64,000 nt of DNA from a virus. How positions within the stretch are numbered: the stretch's first letter is position 1; each line of letters opens with the position of its first letter. A program made the translations under genes and the position numbers. Under the pieces are notes generated by a model. That model did no database searches. It was not told the DNA's origin and saw only the letters and a program-made list of their open reading frames with translations. The stretch is taken from positions 1-64,000 of IMG/VR virus record IMGVR_UViG_3300027710_000017; one strand, 5' to 3'. Of this stretch, positions 61,134 through 64,000 are shown piece after piece.

Positions 61134-61748
61134 CTAGAATCCTCTGATCTCCCAGCTGTCCCACTCTACTTTGTCGTAGTCAACAGATGGGAACCAGGAC
61201 TGACCCTTAAGTCCCATCCAAGCTTGAGAAAGATACATCGTTCCGTCTGTTACTGGAGTGATTTTTCTCATATCTTCCATGTTACCTTCTTCAAAGATAA
61301 CCAAGTCTCCAGGAGAATAATCTATTTCTGACTCTTCTTGAGTGTTTCCGTTTACAGCCATAAGCTTTCCGCCAGAGAAGTTGTTATTCCAAATAACATA
61401 GCCAACAAGGGTATGTGCTGGCCTGTTGATATCTGTTTGGGCTGGCTCCCCAAATTCAGGAATATACCTTGCGATGTAGTGCTTTGAAAACATTGGTGGC
61501 AAATATTCTAAATTTTTGTTGTTTTCTTTAACTGACTCATAAAATCTTTTAGAATACTTAGAAAAAATTTCTAGCATCTCATCAGAAAACTCTCCCCTTG
61601 TCCTAATGTGGAAGCTTACTGAATCTTGACTAAAAAGGTTGTCGTGAAGTGGTGGATGATTTTCTTTTGTATGAAAGTGAGAAGACTTTGCATACTCATA
61701 TACAGCCTGAGCATCTTTAGAAGAAATAAAATTCTTTATTAATATCAT
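61134..61748 (-). CDS. Degenerate 2OG-Fe(II) oxygenase-like protein
   Basis: ILIKNFIS, WNNNFSGGKL, PGDLVIF fold motifs present; iron-binding His residues missing. Confidence 0.6.
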   Translation of the reverse strand: MILIKNFISSKDAQAVYEYAKSSHFHTKENHPPLHDNLFSQDSVSFHIRTRGEFSDEMLEIFSKYSKRFYESVKENNKNLEYLPPMFSKHYIARYIPEFGEPAQTDINRPAHTLVGYVIWNNNFSGGKLMAVNGNTQEESEIDYSPGDLVIFEEGNMEDMRKITPVTDGTMYLSQAWMGLKGQSWFPSVDYDKVEWDSWEIRGF

Positions 61749-61882
61749 TTAAACGACATCCTTGAGTGAGAGTTGTTGCTTGGGCATCTAGAGCAAGTTT
61801 CTTGTTTAGCCTTTGTTACGGGACACTCTTGCACCATTAGGTTATGTCCAAAAATAAAGCATTTTATCTTATTAAAGATCAA
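61745..61882 (-). CDS. Small Cys/His protein (DUF1660-like)
   Basis: TTG start after SD GGAGGA; IKCFIFGH...CP...CSRC. Confidence 0.55.
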   Translation of the reverse strand: MIFNKIKCFIFGHNLMVQECPVTKAKQETCSRCPSNNSHSRMSFK

Positions 61883-62522
61883 TCCAGGTTCCTCCAAAAA
61901 AGTTAGGAGTAATGTCATAAGCGATTGTGATTCTTGGCTTTTCTTCAAACCAATCATCCCTTCCGTGAGGGTGGCCAGTTTCTGACAATATTGCACGATT
62001 GTTCTTGTTAATGTTTTCAAATATCTGACCAGATTTATCTATGTCATAGAATGTTTTTGATGGTTCTGCATTAACACAGTAATATCCATGAAACACTGGG
62101 CTACCCTGACCACCCATGTGATCATGAAAAAACTGTTCATTTTTTAATGGATTTACTCCAAAATTAGCATCGTCAGTCTTTGGATCTAGATTAAACCAGC
62201 CATTAAGATAAAACTTTGTGCCTTTGTCTATTGAGTAATACTCTGAAGCTTCTGCGACCATGTTACGAAGGGCATCTTGTAGTTTTTGGATGCCATCATA
62301 CTCAAATGAGAAAATGTTGTAGTACTTACCTAGCTGTGTAGGGGCGCCAGTCTCCCTAGAAAAATTAGAAAGCTCTTCTGCTGGCATATTTAAAATATTA
62401 TCGTTTAAGAAACTAGACAGTAGATTGTCTAAATAATTATAGAAATCTTCTAGGTCATTATCCAGATAGGCATCAAAGAACTTGTGGGCTGGCTTTGCAT
62501 CGTTCAATTTAGTGGTATCCAA
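61872..62522 (-). CDS. HxH-type 2OG-Fe(II) oxygenase-like (TIGR02466-like), paralogue 2
   Basis: GWFNL, FHDHMGG, FHGYYCVNAEPS, GHPHG, RITIAYD; probable TTG start. Confidence 0.7.
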   Translation of the reverse strand: MDTTKLNDAKPAHKFFDAYLDNDLEDFYNYLDNLLSSFLNDNILNMPAEELSNFSRETGAPTQLGKYYNIFSFEYDGIQKLQDALRNMVAEASEYYSIDKGTKFYLNGWFNLDPKTDDANFGVNPLKNEQFFHDHMGGQGSPVFHGYYCVNAEPSKTFYDIDKSGQIFENINKNNRAILSETGHPHGRDDWFEEKPRITIAYDITPNFFGGTWIDL

Positions 62523-63157
62523 TGCTGTTCTTCGTTTAAGCCAAACTTTTGAATTTCTGATAACGGCAGAAGGTCGTAAGCTATAGTTATTCGATCTCCG
62601 TCCCAATCCCAATCTCCCATAGCATGAGGATGCCCCATTTCAGAAAGAATTGCACGATTATCTTTATTTATGTTTTGGACCTCTTTGTCAAAAACAAGGT
62701 AATGGGTGGTTGATGGCTCTGCCTTTACTGAATAATATCCATGAAAAAATGGAGCTCCTCCTGGGCCGTGGTCATGCCAATTAAGCTTTCCGCCATTCTT
62801 TTTATTATTTATATTAAACCAACCCTGCATTAAGAATTGCTGGCTATCGAAATCTATTCCATAATACTCGCATGCCTCTTTAGCCATTTCTTTTATGGCT
62901 AACCCAAGCTTATAGATTTCTGGAGTGTGAAACTGAAAAACATTATACTGACGCCACTTCATTGTAGAAACGCTTTTTGATTCCTGCCAAGACTCATACT
63001 CTGTTAATGGTGTGACACCAATTAGCTCTGCGTTTTTAATTTTTTCATATCTGAGCCTTAGGTCTTGAGACAAGGTGTCTAGATCATTGTCTAAATATCT
63101 CTCAAAGAATTTATGTGGCTGTGCAGATTTACTTAAACTGGGTAATGGGCTTTTCAT
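62504..63157 (-). CDS. HxH-type 2OG-Fe(II) oxygenase-like (TIGR02466-like), paralogue 1
   Basis: GWFNIN, WHDHG, FHGYYSVKAEPS, GHPHA, RITIAYD. Confidence 0.75.
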   Translation of the reverse strand: MKSPLPSLSKSAQPHKFFERYLDNDLDTLSQDLRLRYEKIKNAELIGVTPLTEYESWQESKSVSTMKWRQYNVFQFHTPEIYKLGLAIKEMAKEACEYYGIDFDSQQFLMQGWFNINNKKNGGKLNWHDHGPGGAPFFHGYYSVKAEPSTTHYLVFDKEVQNINKDNRAILSEMGHPHAMGDWDWDGDRITIAYDLLPLSEIQKFGLNEEQHWIPLN

Positions 63158-63202
63158 AACAACTCTTTTCTATAACTTAATTAAATTATAGCATAAAGGC
63201 TG

Positions 63203-63910
63203 TTAGATTGGATATCTTCCGCCACCCCAAGGGGCGAATCCGAATGGTGAGAATCCGAATGGTGAGAACCCGAATGGTGAAAACCCGAATGCACCAAAGG
63301 GGGCAAATGAGAATGTTGTGGTAATGCTATTAGAAGCAGCTGAAGTTCCAGAGTTTCCATTAGCATTAGTTGCAATAACAGTATATGTCTGAGCTGTTCC
63401 CTGCTCTTGAGTAACATCAACAGTCGTGCTTGCGGTTGTGCCAGTTTTGCTGTCATCAGATGCCCAGGTGTAGCCAGTAATAGCCTTTCCACCATTTGCT
63501 GGGGCTGTCCATTCAACTCTATCGACACCTGCTGATGGGGAAGATGCAGTTGGTGCTGAAGGAGTCGCAGGAACAGTAGTAGCTGTAACGGATGCTGAAG
63601 CTGAAGAAGCTGGGCTTGTTCCATCAGCATTAGCTGCTGTTACAGTAAATGTATAGGCAGTATCTGACTGCAGTCCCTCTACTGTAAGTGGAGACGATGA
63701 TCCAGTTGCTGTAAATCCGCCTGGAGATGATGTTACGGTAAACGAAGTGGCAGCATTTGGACCCTGAGCAGTAAAGGTTACTGTTGCAGCACCATTGTTA
63801 AATGCCCTAGAGGTTCCAACATCTGTAGCGGTTCCAATTAAAGGAGCCGCTGGTGCCAGATGGTCGTTCTGTGCAAGAGATTTCTTTCCCGCTCTTTTAT
63901 TTGCTGCCAT
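63203..63910 (-). CDS. Two-Fn3-domain protein with C-terminal (FGFSP)n tail
   Basis: GLQSDTAYTFTVTAANADG and WTAPANGGKAITGY Fn3 motifs; tail FSFAPFGAFGFSPFGFSPFGFSPFGFAPWGGGRYPI. Confidence 0.85.
   Translation of the reverse strand: MAANKRAGKKSLAQNDHLAPAAPLIGTATDVGTSRAFNNGAATVTFTAQGPNAATSFTVTSSPGGFTATGSSSPLTVEGLQSDTAYTFTVTAANADGTSPASSASASVTATTVPATPSAPTASSPSAGVDRVEWTAPANGGKAITGYTWASDDSKTGTTASTTVDVTQEQGTAQTYTVIATNANGNSGTSAASNSITTTFSFAPFGAFGFSPFGFSPFGFSPFGFAPWGGGRYPI
63230..63316 (-). repeat. 15-bp tandem repeat encoding FGF[SA]P
   Basis: CCGAATGGTGA occurs three times at 15-bp period on the plus strand, with degenerate flanking units. Confidence 0.9.
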
Positions 63911-63934
63911 TTATATATCTCCTAAATTTGTTAA

Positions 63935-64000
63935 TTATGCGGACAAGTCTCCGAAGACTACCCAAGTATTTTCTGCTCTCTTAAACATTGTAGCAGATGA
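63935..64000 (-). CDS. C-terminal end of an upstream virion/tail-fibre-type protein (partial)
   Basis: ...SSATMFKRAENTWVVFGDLSA*, a C-terminal pattern typical of phage fibre proteins. Confidence 0.6.
   Translation of the reverse strand, partial: SSATMFKRAENTWVVFGDLSA

Noticed and set aside
63181-63630. 149-aa alternative-frame ORF with HHS repeats
   Set aside because: It is an out-of-frame reading of the Fn3 gene; the His repeats derive from the FGFSP repeat

Overview
64 kb of an AT-rich siphovirus genome. Every credible gene is on the minus strand. The host is probably an actinobacterium; a freshwater Microbacteriaceae-type host is an inference from the class Ib nrdH/I/E/F set, DnaE polymerase, RecA, secreted Ala/Thr-rich proteins and leaderless promoters. 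In transcription order (right to left) the window holds: (1) an Fn3 protein with an (FGFSP)n tail, followed by 2OG-Fe(II) oxygenases and a large LamG-like virion protein; (2) portal, protease/scaffold, capsid, neck, tail tube, two paralogous tail chaperones, a 2973-aa tape measure protein and tail-tip genes; (3) a replication/recombination block (DnaB, primase, SSB, DnaE, NrdH, RecA, nucleases, three tandem oxygenases, RuvC); (4) terminase, nrdIEF and secreted/membrane accessory genes; (5) five tRNAs; (6) a modification operon (RsmI-like methyltransferase, DUF6065-like paralogues, glycosyltransferase, oxygenase, carbamoyltransferase). The most unusual signals are covarying pseudoknot RNAs between the tRNAs, repeat-delimited enzyme-like cargo inside the tape measure protein, the FGFSP-repeat protein with its adjacent oxygenases, a duplicated G/GT chaperone pair with no required frameshift, an ATA-initiated NIDO-Fn3-SUEL surface protein, and a palindromic bidirectional promoter/terminator. 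All family calls come from motif recognition by eye; no searches were run.
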